A DNA stretch of 62,688 bases, counting the filler, from Platydemus manokwari (Eukaryota), in assembly GCA_037951405.1 (NCBI GenBank). It is 5 parts of 5 records of this genome, joined end to end, with 100 filler letters (N's around TTAATTAATTAA, not from the genome) between each part and the next. Parts side by side here need not be neighbours in the genome. Positions count along the whole stretch, not along the records: positions 12,349 to 31,545 come from JBBMOY010066678.1; 4 more parts are not named here. One strand, 5' to 3'. The position numbers and the translations under genes are program-made. Shown piece by piece: positions 12,914-28,052 of the stretch (position 1 is the first letter of the stretch; every line of letters begins with the position of its first letter). The notes below the pieces were generated by a model. That model was not told the origin of the DNA and ran no database searches. It saw nothing but the letters and a program-made list of their open reading frames with translations.

Positions 12914-14021
12914 ATGCAGAGTAATTAATTTTTGATGTTCTTGATAACAAGGATGTAATTCGTTATTCGAATTTTTATTTTAAATGCCATATCTGGATAA
13001 AAGATTTGTAACCAATCCCTGGTTTAACACAACTACTATGTTTACAGAAGTAGTTCAACGGAAATCGTTATTATTCACCACTAAAGCAATTCAATTTGTT
13101 TAACAATCATCGACAAAGTAAATTATATTATAAAATTTCTGCTAAAATTAATCCCGTTTTCGACTTTTCAACAACCAAAATATAATGGAACAATTTATTG
13201 GAAGTATTTTATTAAAAACATTAAGCCAAATACAATGACTTCAAGATTCAATTCCAAAAATTGATTCATTCCCATTTTTCCGTTTCATTATTTGCAGTAC
13301 ACTTAATATTCTTTCAAAAATTCTGACATTTGAGTGAAGAATTTCCAGATTATTTCGATGAAACAATTAAATTTATTACTGGTAGGAAAATTCAATTTGA
13401 AAGTTGTGATGGATATAATTCAATGTAGATTATATCATTCCAAAATTGATCAAACAATATCGAATACTAATCGATTTGTTGAAATTTTATTATATTTTAT
13501 ATATTATCATAAATGAATATATTATTATTAAACATCATTGCATTGTCCTTACGAATGTATAAACACCTAGTATCGACTTTGTTAAAGAATGTATAAGATA
13601 TTTATTGAATTTATATTTTTTATTTTTCGAACAATTGCCGTTCATCTGAGAGAAATTCCACTTGTTTATTCGTAATATTTCAAAGTGGATATTGATTATT
13701 TCCTATGAACGATATAAGAGCCATAATGGAGCATTTTTAATCTCACTCGATTTATTTGTTTTTGTTGCCTTTTTTTAACAGACTGATTTAGCAATGCAGA
13801 ATAACAATTTTGTTCTTATTATAAATTTATAGAAAATTATTTAAATCTCATGAAAACTTTTATCATTTTATTTTCAAATATATCAATTTTATTTCATTGG
13901 GTTATTATTATATTTTGTAAATCAGATTTTAATGATTGGTCTAGTGTATGAATGAAAAATTTTTGGATTGATATTGGTTTTTTAACTCATGAACGTTTGT
14001 GATGTTTTGTTAAACATTTAG

Positions 14022-17000
14022 CAAAATATGACTGCAGCCCATGTTGCTCGTAGACAACACTATCTAAATATTTTCGAAGTATTGAAACGAGTTGTAACGG
14101 TCGTGTCGCGTTGGGAAGAAGAAGAAGAGGAAGTAATTTTTAAAATGGAATTAGACCGACCAGAAATTATGGGAGAAAATCCTGTAACAGATAGTGAGGA
14201 TGATTATGGTAGGAATATATTTTTCATTGTTATCTTTATGTATGATTTTAAATCTCACCACTGAATTTATAGAATTATTAACATTATTCATTGATTTCCT
14301 TTGTTTTTCTTATTTTTACAAATAATAAATACTTTTCTATTCATTCTTAACAAATTCAAATATAATTAATTTATTAATTTGAATTGAAAATTTACATTAT
14401 TGTCTCAATTATAAATTTATATTCCATCTCAATTTCTAGGTGATCCGGACTATACGACGATACCAGCTTCTCCTTTATTTTCCAGGAATATAATGTCTAA
14501 CACTATCCAAGGAACAAATAGTCCTTTTCCAAATAGTAATAGTGGAAATCAATCAAAACATTCAACTCTAGTTAAAAGTCAATCAGACAAAAATTCAACA
14601 ATTTCAGGTATTGGTGTATATTTCTCAATTGATTTGGTTTTATATTTATATAACTAAATAATCTACTTTCAAAAATAAGTAGTAAATTTATTGTTAAAAA
14701 TTAAAATTTAATTTTGATTTTTCTAATTAGGCGAGGATAGTATTCATGAAAGTTTTACGAATGATCAAAATCATGGATGGAAAGAATTGGGTATAAACAA
14801 GGTTATTTTAATTATTTGAGTTGAAAAATATTTTTACAGTGAAATATATAATTCTATAAGTTAACTAAATTTTGAAGATTGTCGATTTATATATAAGGTA
14901 TTTAATATAATATTTTGTTTTTGTAAAACAATTTACAAATATCGATTCGTCACATTTTTTGTAATGCAAATTAATTCGACGAAGATGATGTCAATGTTTC
15001 GACACTGATAAATTAAACATCTTTTTACCAAATGAAGAAATTTAAAGGAAGAAAGCCATTTTTATAAAACGAATAATTCTTAATTTTATACAAAGATAAT
15101 CTGACATTTCATTTAAAAGAATAGAGCTTATTTAATAATTAATATGGAATTACTTGGTGAATAATCATTGTCTACGAAAAGTATTCTTAGAAAAATCCAC
15201 ATATTGATTATATATTAAAATACTTTTCATTGGGTTCTTGAAACTATTTATATGTGTGGGTGTGTGTATTAATCTAACAAAAATTCTTTGCGCTAGTATT
15301 TGTGCACTTATTTCAATTAAGTCGATACATTTGCTATTTATAGTTTATTATGATAAATTTAATGATCAAACCAATTAAATTACGGGTGTGTGCCATAAAC
15401 CTGTAATAGTTTCATCTCCCTATTCCAAATGATTCTTAATAATTTGAAAAATTAAGTTTTTAAAGTTATAATTTATTATATCAAAGGAATTCGATGTTTA
15501 AAACAATCTTAATTCATTGATTGGAAAAAGTGTCAACTTTAAAAAATTATCCCTTTGTGTATAGCTTACAAGGTGAGTGTGCTTGGTGCTAATCATGCTA
15601 TTATATCAAAAGGAAAAGCTTGATATGATGCTGATTCCAGAAAACAAGGATCTGGTTCACTATCTCTGATGAAATAGCACTTGACCTGGCTCTAAATTGT
15701 CTAAATGTGACATCATTAAGGCAAACTTATTATGTATACCCTGTTTATAACTAATAAATTTTTAATGAATAAAATTAATTATTAAGATTGTATGGAAATG
15801 TGATTTATTATTTTGATGTATTTTTTAACTGCTTCTTTCTCTGGTAATTATTTGATATCTTAAATAATTACACAATCCTGTGTGTTTGATTATTTCATTA
15901 TAAATATTCCCACAACTAAATTCATTTATTTATAGCATTATATTTAGTTTATCAAATAAATGACATGATTTCTATTGAGAATATTATAATTATATAATTA
16001 TATCATCCTGTTTTCTCTCCGTTTGTGCATTGAATAATTTTATCTGATCATGAAAATATTTGAGTACATTTTAGTAAATCCCATATAAATATAAATATCA
16101 AATAATAAGCTCGTAATAATCGGTATTAAATCAAATAAAAAGGAATTTAATGATTCAACAAGTCAATGTTTTGCAAAAAATATTTTATAATTCAGATTCC
16201 TCAATAATTACAACTACCAGAATTATTCTGCAACCATGTATAAAAAATATAAAAGGACTTACTTTTAGAACCTTAGTTTGTTGTCCAGCATAAAATTAAT
16301 GCTTCAACATTTCTCAATTTTAGAACTGTTTTTTTATTTAATTTAATAATAAATAAAGAATATTAATAATAAATTTAGTAGTTAATTATTTATTGTTAGT
16401 TTTTTTTCTTTTTTATAATATAATAAATCCAATGAAATCATCATCTTTGTCAATTTAAAATAACTGGGTTACAATTATGATTTGACGGATATTTTATTTG
16501 TAAAATATATTTAAAATTTTTAAAAAATATCTACAAGTCATTTTTGGCAATTAATTTTCATAACAAGCTTTTATTTTATTTCCTTTATTAAAACAATGAA
16601 TACTCTTATATGTGAATTATATTTTCATTCGTTAAGAAATCTTTCGAATTTTCTTGATACTAAAACAACTTTATCAATCATCCTTTTTTCTTTCACTCTA
16701 AATAAATTTATTGACCAATTTTGAAAGCCTTTCAATATTTTAATTTGATCTTATCAGAATTATTTTATAAAGTTCACTCAATTATCATTGACCATTGTAT
16801 TATGCTTTATGTTAGCAACAATATCTCAAACAATGATTAAGAAACATCAATGTATATCAGTATAAACTTTATAAATCATTGTTTTCTAACTTTTCGTGAA
16901 CTTTTCCAAAATTCTCCATGCATATTTGTTTGCACTTGTCTCTTAAAACTTGGTCTATGTGGTTCCTTGGTGGTGATTTTGGTCCTGAACATGGTGAAGG

Positions 17001-20000
17001 AAGAATTATTTATCAAAAATAAATTAAAGTATTGGAGCAAATATAGATCTTGAATAATATTATTAAAATATAGTGATTTGAAACATCAACATCGTATGGT
17101 CAAGTAACGGATGTTTACCAATACTTCAAATAAATTCTCTGTAGACATAGTATTAATTATCAAAGGATGTAAGGACAATCTATGTCACAAACTAGACTTA
17201 TTTCACTGTATTTTATTGTTTTCAAATTTTCTATCTTTATAAATTAATAGTTTTGTGTTGTTTTTTTTCAATATTATTAGGAATCGAATTTCAATTAAAA
17301 AGCCAATTCACTAATAGTGCAAAATATGATTGGAAAATCTTACACGAAACAATGATTTGTTTTATTATTATTATTGTTATTGTCCTTGAAAACATCTTGA
17401 AAATAGTTTATTATTCATCCAATATTATCGTTGCACTATAATTTGTCATTTATAGAAATTTCTTTTCAAGACAAATCTTTGATATTGATTATTTTCCAGC
17501 AAAAAAATAATGATTTAAATTAAAGTCGAATAATTAATTCATTTGAGTTTTAACTGTCGATTTGATAATGAAAAAATATTTTTATTACATGTCTAAAAAG
17601 TTTCACCCGATTTTATAAGATAAGTTATTAATTAATTTCATTGTGTGGTGAATGAGAACTACGAGCACAATGATAACTATAATGAGCCAAAGTTGCAACA
17701 ACGATAAATACTAACAAAATGGTTCAGATTGTTCTTCTTATAAGAAAAGATTTTATAAAATAAACGAATAAAATCGGGCGAAACTTTTTAGATACCTTGT
17801 ATAATTTGTGTTTTTATATCAATTTGATGTTAACTACTTAAATTAATCTAAAACAAGTGGTATACTGTTCAAATATTTATGCAAATTTTCTTTTCTTGCT
17901 TTATAATTCATTGGTTGATTTTTGTTTTTAATTATCGAATTTTTTAAACATATTATTTGAACAAAATAATTATTATAGTATCTCGGTTGGTAAGCTTTTG
18001 ATACGCATCTTGGAATTGTTATATATATGAACATAAATTAAGTGAATTGATTAAAACAATCCGTACAGTGTTGATAGACTGCGTCATATACTACTGGTTA
18101 TAAGAAATATTTTATTTTCTCTTATTGATTTTTAAAATCTATTGAAAAATTATTATATGCACAAAGTGCCTGTAAATGAACAATATTTTTAAGCTACTAA
18201 TAATCTTAATTTTACCAACCCAGGTCATGAAATTTCTTTATCAATTTCAAACTTATGTTTCAAGACTTAATATTAACGATATTGATTTTTAATTTTAATG
18301 AAAATATTGAACTGTACCTGTATTTGATCAGCACGTTATTATTATTATTTATTAAAAATTTATTTACATGCATTTATTTATGATATATCTCTGAGTCACT
18401 AATGTTTATTAGTTTGTAATATTTAATAATCTAAATAATTGAATCATATTTGTAAAAAATTTATGGATTAATTTTTACAGAATTATATAACTCAAATAAA
18501 AGTTGGTAGAGAATTGGCAGCGATATCTCCAAACACTGATTGGGATTATGCCCCAGACAATGTCCCAATTACTCGCAAACCAGTTACTTCTGGGTAATGC
18601 CTATTTAATAACTTCTAATACATGATATTTATATTTCATATCTCTCTACCAAATTATTAAATCTTTGTCGTTGTCTATTTCAATCATCAATTTTTTCTCA
18701 TTATTAACTTGTGTCAATTTTTAATTATCTATTGTTTGTTAATTTAATCAAATTTATGAAGTTATCGTTACGGTATGCCATGCCGATTTCACATTTATAC
18801 ATATATTTACCTAAAATTATTTTCTAATCAACTTGTATAGGTTGTTTCAAACAAAGACTAATTTTATATTTCAATTACCTCGAATCCAACCAAAATCATT
18901 AATTTTCTCCGTTCACAAATGCATACAATCAAAATACAAATAAAAACGGCACGTTTATTTTCCAGACACATGGGCTTAGAACATACATGCCTATAATTTC
19001 TACCTACGTAAATATCTACATACTGTTCTCGTTTGTAATTCACTTATCCCAAAAATCGACTGTTTACGATTATCTGTGTGTATTGATATAAATTTTATTT
19101 CGAATTTATAACGATTTGATTGGTCAATCGTTTCTTGGTTTTCATACTGGCTTTTGTTATTTAATTTTTGTATTTTAATTTCATCACAAAAGCAATTGGA
19201 TATGAGTGAAAATGGAATTTATCATGTAGAAAGGTCAGAATTATGGTTAACTTTTTTATATTACTTTTTTGTTTTATGAATTTTTGTGATAATTTCTTAT
19301 TTCAGGTTTTTAGTCTCATTTTTGGTAGACGCACGAGGTGGTTCTATGAGAGGTAGTCGACATGTTGGGCTTAGGATTTTAGTTCCACCAAGTGCTGCCA
19401 GTGCCCCCACTAGAGTTACATGTCGAATGATAAGAACAGAAAGAGTGCCTCATCCTCCCCAACTGAATGACGGAGAAGGTTTAGCGTGCAGGTTAAAAAT
19501 TTACCAAGTGTAAATGGCCTAAAATTTATTACTTAGAATCCTAGAAATGGGACCACATCCATGCAAATTTAACAGTCCAGTATTGATTGAAGTACCTCAT
19601 TTTGCATCACTGAGAGGAAGAGATAGGGAAATAATTATTCTCCGTTGTGACAATGGGGAAGTATGGAAAGAACATTCATTAGAAACGACTGATCAAGCTG
19701 TAATTGATGCTCTAGGATCGTCATTTGGTAATTATTATTTTGTTGAATCAAATACAGTCTAATTGCTATACAAACTACTTAATGATTTTACGGATCAGTA
19801 AAACACTGCATTATATATTATTCTTAATGCCTTGAAAAAGAAAATTATCTATCTATATTGAATACATTGTTTATCACGATTATGTTATTATTTAATTTCG
19901 TTTTGATATTCAGGCGATAATTTTGAGACAAGTGAAAGTTTACGAGAAAAAAGGATTGTTAGAATATTGACAAATGAGTTTCCTATGTACTTTGCAATAG

Positions 20001-23000
20001 TCACTAGATTACGGCAAGAAATTTCTATGATCGGTGCAGATGGAGGAGTGATTAGCTCTTCTGTAATTTCTCAAGTACAAGCTGTATTTCCAGAAGGTGC
20101 TCTGCAGAAAAGAATCAAAGTTGGCTTGCAGGTAAATCATTGAAAATTCAAGGCATGGTTAATCAAAATTTTACACGCTAGGCCCATTCGATTGACCCAG
20201 AATTAGTGGCCAAATTACTTGGCAATAGAATAGCTGTATCTCCAATTGTAACAATAGAACCAAGAAGACGAAAATTCCATAAACCGATAACAGTAACTAT
20301 TCCATTGCCCCAAGCAGCAAACAAAGGAATGATTAATCAAGGCGAGCTAACAAATTTGCGATTATTGTGTAGTATTAGTGGTGGTACTAATCCGGCACAA
20401 TGGGAAGACATTACCGGGTCGACACCACTTTCACAAGTGAAACAATGTGTCTCCTTCACAACCACTGTTAGCGCTAGGTATGTATGGCATAAGGCATAAT
20501 TTATTAAATGTTTAAATCGGAAAATATGATTTGTTGCTCCATGACTCATTAGAAAATCGTAGAAAGTTGAATTGAAAATTGAAAATAAAATCATTGAATC
20601 TAATGCTCAGGCATTTCCGTGTTATTGCAATCGTAACGATTTGACAAAATAATTTTTATACATTGTATTGAATTTTGATGTTGTCTTTGGTTCAAATCAA
20701 TCCAACATCTCATTTCAAAGAATAATCAAAAACATTCCAAACACCATCGACTCGGCCAATTTCATTTTTACATCACTAATCTGGAACTAATCTTAAATGT
20801 AATATCTAAATGTAACATGATTTTATGGTTCTCTCAATTAATAAAGATAAAATAGCTTTAAAAATTAATTATTTTCGTTATCAGGAGTTCAATATTTTAA
20901 TGAGAACATCATATATTAAGTAAGTGACAAGAATTTTTTTATTATTAATTCCTTTATATTTTCCACTTATTAAAATTAAATAGTTAGAGGAAATGGATAT
21001 TAAAATAATTATGAAATTGGTTGGAAAATATTTTGTTGTGGTATTTGGTGTTTATTGTTTTAAAGTGTTCTCAATCAGGAAAAATTTCCCTTTTTATGTT
21101 ATTGATTATGACTGTCACTGAGAATATATTAGTAGTTACAATATTTAAACAACGATGTACGCCCTGAACTGAATGGTTTGTATTCGACAAATACATAAAT
21201 TGTTTCTCTGGCAAATGATTTATGTCTAAAAATATTTATTTGAATCATTTTTTGATAAGAATAAAATGTATTGAAAAATACCTTGGTAATGTTAAGCGTA
21301 AGTTATAAGGTTTTATGATCCGTATGTTTTTGATCAGTTTTAATTGAAACAAAGATAATTCCAATATATTACAATATACAATGGAATATTATAATATTAG
21401 TAATTGGCATACGATAATAATATGCAAATTGAGTTTATATTATTATAAAATATTATGAATTTTTGTCCGAATTTGGAGCAATCGATAATTTATTGGAATT
21501 TATTGAATATTTCATTTTCTGTAAGAGTAATTGATTTCCAACATATTTTCCTTGGCGGATTAAGTGATTGTCATTCTGTTCTGATGATACACGAATTGTT
21601 TTAATTATTTAAACTTTTATTATTATAATCATAATTTTATTTACAAAAATTTTACCATTCATTATTTTCTTATTCTCATAACGTGAAATCTTTTGAATAT
21701 TTGAGTTCAAATAAAATTTTCTTTATCTAAATTTATTTTTATTTAATTACCTTACATAACATATGTGATAAGCACAGTTCTATATATAATGGAATGAATT
21801 AATACGATCTTGGTATGATATTATTTTGAAGTCACTAAAACATTAATAACAAAACTACACAAAATTATTGACTTCAACAACTAATAATAAAGTTCGAAAA
21901 GAAAAATTTCATTATTCGTTAACTTATCTTTTGTTAGACAGTTCGATTTGATGGGAATTTACAATTGCCAGACATTTTTGTTTGACTATTTTTGAAAATC
22001 AATTAACTTGTAAAATCTTTACAATTATGGGAAAATTAAAATCAAATCTTTGAATACTTTTCGATTTTGAAAATGCTTTCAATCTTGGAATATTTTATAG
22101 ATTCTGGTTGATGGACTGCCACAATCCCCTGGAATGTGCTGAAATGAGTGGAAAACTCTACAAAGAAGCCATTCTCGTACCATACATGGGCAAATTTGTA
22201 ATATTTGCAAAAACTACAGAATATGAAGAAGTTCTTCTTAGATGTTTTTGTATTACTGATGATAAAATTGACAAGGTATCATTTTAAATATTTTGCTTTA
22301 ATTTACATTTATAGTTTTTACAGATGTTTTTAACTATGGTGATCTTATTAAATGCATTAAAAATATATTTTCGATATTCAATTATTATAAATAATAAAAT
22401 TTATAACGGCATTTTAATCGATTATTACCGTTAAAGTATTAATATAGAATATCAAAATAATTATAGTGCAAATATTTAAATCAATTTCATAATATACACT
22501 CATTTATATTTACCAAGTCATTTATTATGCTGTTTATTTCGTAATTAACATTTTTCGTCATTAAATAGCGCACATAAAATTGTGTTGTGTAGTTACTTTT
22601 ATAAATCCCTGGATAGTTCATGGAATTTTTCAGAAAAAAAATATTATTCTTAGTTATCTCGAAAAGTTGATTAATTTATATATTTAATTGACAATAATAT
22701 CGTTGCTTAATTTTTCATAACCACGTTATTAACTAGTCACATTATAGCATCATCAAATTGATAAAAGTCCAGTAATTATCTTTACTTTTAATTCTGAATT
22801 TCAATTGAAATTGTTCCCAAATGATTTAATTCATTGATGAAATTTAGCTGGAGTTAGTAACGTCTTATATTATTCATCGTATTCATTATCATTTTCTACA
22901 TTGTATTATTTTAAACACTCGCATTGATAGTTTTAGCAATTTTCAGTTTTGAGAAAATTATTTTTGTTCAAATCGAACAAAATTTCATAAAATTATTCAA

Positions 23001-26000
23001 ATACGCATTAATTTATTGCAAATTATTCTGTTTCATTTATTTAATAACGATTTAATTGTTGTTAAGGACCATACATACAATCTCTCACACATAAAATCCG
23101 TTTATAGAAGTTTATTACTTTATTTAACGTATCTAGTGATCATCTTTAACCTTTACTTATTTAAATTGATTTACATCAGTAATTAAATTTATAAATTATG
23201 ATTTGAAATTGTAAACAATTTAGGATAAACAAGAATTATTTCATAACAATCTCTGGATAAAAGTTGTACTTTTATATCTTCATATTGTGAAACGGTATCA
23301 ATCGAGCAATGATTCATATATCATCTTAAATTCGTAATAATGTTTATTAACCACAAATTATGTGGATATCAAATAGAATGGTTTAATCTCTTAAAAATTA
23401 GTTTAATGAATTGTAGACAAAAATTGTGTTCGTTTCATTTTTAAATGTTGTTGACATCATTATATAGACTCTAGAGTGTCAGGAAGGATTTGAACTGAAA
23501 GCTGCCAGTCCTGAAGTAGAAGTTTTAGATGATAGAGATAATTGGCTAGAAACTGCAGGAAATATAATTCCAGTGACAAAATTGGGTGACCAACTTCGAT
23601 TGCATTTCAATGCTTTTAGAGAGAATCGATTACCTTTTCCAGCAAGACTTAAGGATGCAAGTTTAGAAAATTCAATTGGTAAAATCGCATTTATGAGAGA
23701 TCCTAGAAATTGTCAAGGTAATTATACTGTCAAATATTCAAATTTTACAATTTAATGTGATCCAGCTACCATGAAATCGAACGAATATTTAAAAATTTAA
23801 GTAAAATAACATTTAATATTTCATATTTGATTTTAGTTCATGAGTTTGTCAGTACAAATCTTAGCCAACGATATTAATTCTTAAACTTCAATAATTAATC
23901 CCATTTAAATATTAATTTATTTGAAGGTGTGCTGAAGTCTGAAATCAGTCACTTTATATGAAATAAAAGCGAGTTGTTTTAAAAACAAAGTTATATGAAA
24001 AATAAAGAACTCATTTCAACTTATTAAAAGATTCAGTCGATTTATTTGACCTATGTGGAGAGCAAGCGAAATCTTGAAAATTAAAAATTTGGAAGAGAAC
24101 AACTTGAATGAATTAAAACAAAGAAATTTTTAAGCCGGTGAACCATAAAATGTTAATAATATTATCTGTGGAAGAAATAGTCTTGTTATAAATTTTTGTC
24201 GGATGATCGGTTGATTTTCAGATTGAAATTGTCGAATGAAATCAGTCAAGATAAAAATGAAATCTTGATATTCTTAAACAAACTTATGACTACATTAAAA
24301 CAAATCTTGAAATCATTACTGATATTAAATTAGATTATATCAATTCTATAATTGTGAATATCGAAAATAATGAGAAATATTAATTTTTGGATATTCAATA
24401 CACCTTTTATTAATAAAATATCCAATTTTAGATTCATTTTATTAAATTTAGAGAGTAAATTATTTGGATTGTTAACAAACAATCTTAAAATCAGTTGTAT
24501 TTCCTATATAAATTATTATTATTTAATGATACAACGTAAATGTTTTGTGGGTTGTAAAATTTTGTTTGTTTAAATGTGCGAAAACGTCTCATAATAGATG
24601 ATTATTTGTTTACATTGAAGTATTCGATGAAGTTTTTCGGTTTAAGTGAAGCAAAATTTTAAAAAATCACAATGAATTAATCTATTATAATAATTTATGG
24701 ATTATTTTGTCTTGATAATTTTTATTTACCATTATTATATCGATTATTCATCAGGATTTGCCGGAGTAGAATATTCTGGTCAATCAGTTCCACAAAAACC
24801 ACTGTGCACATTAGAAATAAAACTTAACAATGCTCATCATTCTTGTGAGCATCTGCCTCATGTTTCTGAAGGATTTTCAATTAACGGAAAAATTGAGCAT
24901 GATTCCAAAGGTCGACCATTAACAGAAGAAGCTCAAAAAGATTGGATCAACATAGGTAGAGAAATCATTCGATAAAATGTGTAAATGTTTTGTTTTTTTT
25001 ATTTACTAGATAATTCAACTGATACAATTGCGAGATCTGATTTAGATTTGCATGAAGTAGCCCAAGAAGTTGGCAGTGATTGGCCAACTCTAGCAAAGGA
25101 ACTGGGAATGACCAACAACTTCATAAATAAACTTCAAAATGAACATATAAGTGAAGAAGAGAAATCTATAAATTTATTAATATCTTGGAGTGAAGATAAT
25201 AAACATATTGCCACTGGTAACGAATTAGATCGAGCTCTTCGACGGATAGGAAGAGAGGATGTTGTTAAATCGTGCATGAAAAATTTTCAACGGGTTACCG
25301 AAGAAGAAGAACAAGCCAAAGTGATTTTTACTCTTTTATGTCGTGGTTATTACAGAAGTTATCTTTTTAAAAAAAAACCAAAAAATAGTAAAATTAAATA
25401 TCGTACCACGATCACTTAGTCAATCAAGTTTATAAATGATGTTTGTGATTTTAAGATTAGAAGCAATAGCAATTTTCTGAATTATAATTACGATAATATT
25501 TATCTAGAATAAACATTAAGATAATTTTACAATTGTTTATTTCATTCTCATATATGGATATGCTTGATCATTATATTCAAAATATTTACCACATTGTTGC
25601 TTGATTATCAGAATGACTACATTTTGGATATATAATGATTAATAATATGTATATGGTTTTTTGTAGGCTAAACATCAAATGAGTAGAGATAATACTATAG
25701 AGGCATCATTTGATGTTGATAGTCAAAGTGAATTCCTGGCCCTATCAGATGAATACGAACAACGAAATTCAGGAGAAACACTACCTCGCAATACAGACGA
25801 GGGTAAAATGGAACCTGTCGATATTCCAGATACTGATATAGTTCGTGAAAGTGAATCCATGACGACGAGTGACTTTGATGATCATGATGAAAATGGAACT
25901 AAAGACGTTATTGCCAATGTGCCTAGCAATAATTGTAAATAATTTGTATTTAATCATTTTGAATAAATAGTTTTATTGAGATGTCCAACATTAACTGTTC

Positions 26001-28052
26001 ATAATTATTTCTCATATTTCAGATATAGACAGTGCTCTCATCAATCGGTTTGATGAATTACAGAAATCTGTAGAACCATCTCTTGCGGAAGTCGATGGTA
26101 ATCAATATTTATTATATTAATTTTTGTTAATTTTATAAAATATAATTTAAAACACTTTATAATTACCTCACCATAAAACTGATTTTTATATCCATATTTG
26201 TTTTTCGGCAAGATTTTCAGTGAAATTTTTAAAAAAATTGTGTTATACACTAATTTGAATATAAAGAGTAATCCTTAAATTTCTTCTGTTAATTGTAAAA
26301 TAGGTAACGCAGTATTTATAAATGCTAATGTGTGTCTTAGCTTATTCTTGAATAATCCATGAACAAATCCACTCTTCCATCTATAATATTTTACACAGAA
26401 GTACGATTCATAGTTGTAGAAATGTGGCGAACTCACCTAATTCATATTAAATCGTCAAGGGTAACGGACGAGAATTTAAAACTTCAATCACTTGTTTCTC
26501 ATTTGATTGTTATCATTTATTATATTATACAGTTGTTCCTCCCACAACTCCGTACTTACTTGTCAGGAGAAAGTTGTATTATGTTTAACATCTTCAGACG
26601 TTTAATTGGACGTTAGACTTTGTTTTCATTATTAATAAATTATAGAAATGTAATCCCTTTTATATATTGACATAAAAAAATATCATTGAAACTTAGCTTT
26701 AATATATTTCTCAAACGCTATCATTCAATTACGATGATTGTTTATTGATTATTTGCCTTTATAAAGGTTTGAAATCCTTTGAAGAATTTATTTGCATAAT
26801 TTTTATTGTCAACTTATAAGGAGATGCTGGATATTAATAATTAAGATATCAGTAATAATATAATGCAAAAGTTGAGTATTAAATTTTATTTTAGGAAATT
26901 AATAGATTTTTGGCCTCACAAATATCGCACATTTTATTTGTAAATGATAAGCTCGCAATTAATATGGAGATCTATTTGTATATATTAAGATTCTATACAA
27001 TCTCTTATATCAGTAAACATCTATTGGAGTTTCCATACTGGCTTTATGTTGATACAAATTTTGATTGGTCTTCCCTTCCTAAACATAAGTTTAGGGTTTG
27101 ATATCGGAATCTTCTAACCCAAATTTATTGCATTAATTTTAACCATATTATCATTGTGAAGCATATTTTTTATATTTCAAAGCATTTCTTCAAAAAATAC
27201 AGTAACTACTAACGAAGTAGCTTTTACTTCTATGTATTTTTAGTCAAATTATTTAATGTAACTTTACTTTTACGTGGTAAGTTCATAGGTTAAAAAATCA
27301 ACTTTCGGTTTGAAAATTTAAACATGGATTAAAAGAATAATTCGAGTCTAAATCTATTTCAATAAATATAATAATTTTTATGAGTTTAAGAATTTAAAAT
27401 TAAATATCCCTTCAATTCTTGCAAACCATTTCCAAAAATTCAATAGGCAAATCCGCAACAATTTTTCAAGTTTTCCATTTCTTTTACGATTTATTAAATA
27501 TTTTTATTAACGAGATGGTTAAATTAATTTATTATGATCGACTGGTGTTACCTTAATCCACCTTTGATTGAATCATGTACTTTACCAATTCCTGACAATA
27601 CATGAACTGATGGATTAACACCCACATAATGATATATACTTGATTTATTATTTTTATAAGTCGAAAATAACAATTTCGAATGAATTTATTATTGTATTAT
27701 TTAAGATGCTAGAGATGATCAAGAAATACAAGATGACTCTACCAGGGTCGAATTAGACAAAGTTCCAATTGACATTTCAAAATCTGATTCACATGAAAAT
27801 ATTCAAGAGTTGCCTTTGACCAATAAACCAGTGATTGGGAAATCTTCACATTCTGATTGTATTGAAACGAGCGAAACACTAAAAGATTCTCAAGAAATCT
27901 CAGAAAACAATAAAACGATAACCGAAATTCCAAATGAGTCACCGGAAGTGCCCCAAGACGTTGATTCACGAGACACAAGGGATGATTTGATGAAACATGA
28001 GTCAGAAAAATGCGAAAATAGTGATTCAGAAGGAACGCCAAACGCACTTTGA
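14022..28052 (+). CDS. ANK2: Ankyrin (ANK2/UNC-44-like), 3' half: last ANK repeat, ZU5-ZU5-UPA spectrin-binding region, death domain, acidic C-terminal tail; 5' exons lie outside this contig
   Basis: Phase-consistent exons: 14022-14208, 14440-14607, 14731-14801, 18481-18593, 19306-19491, 19537-19727, 19914-20131, 20182-20477, 22101-22275, 23468-23717, 24755-24955, 25010-25320, 25667-25934, 26023-26097, 27706-28052. Hallmark motifs: [87 protein letters not shown], and death domain [26 protein letters not shown]. Confidence 0.95.
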
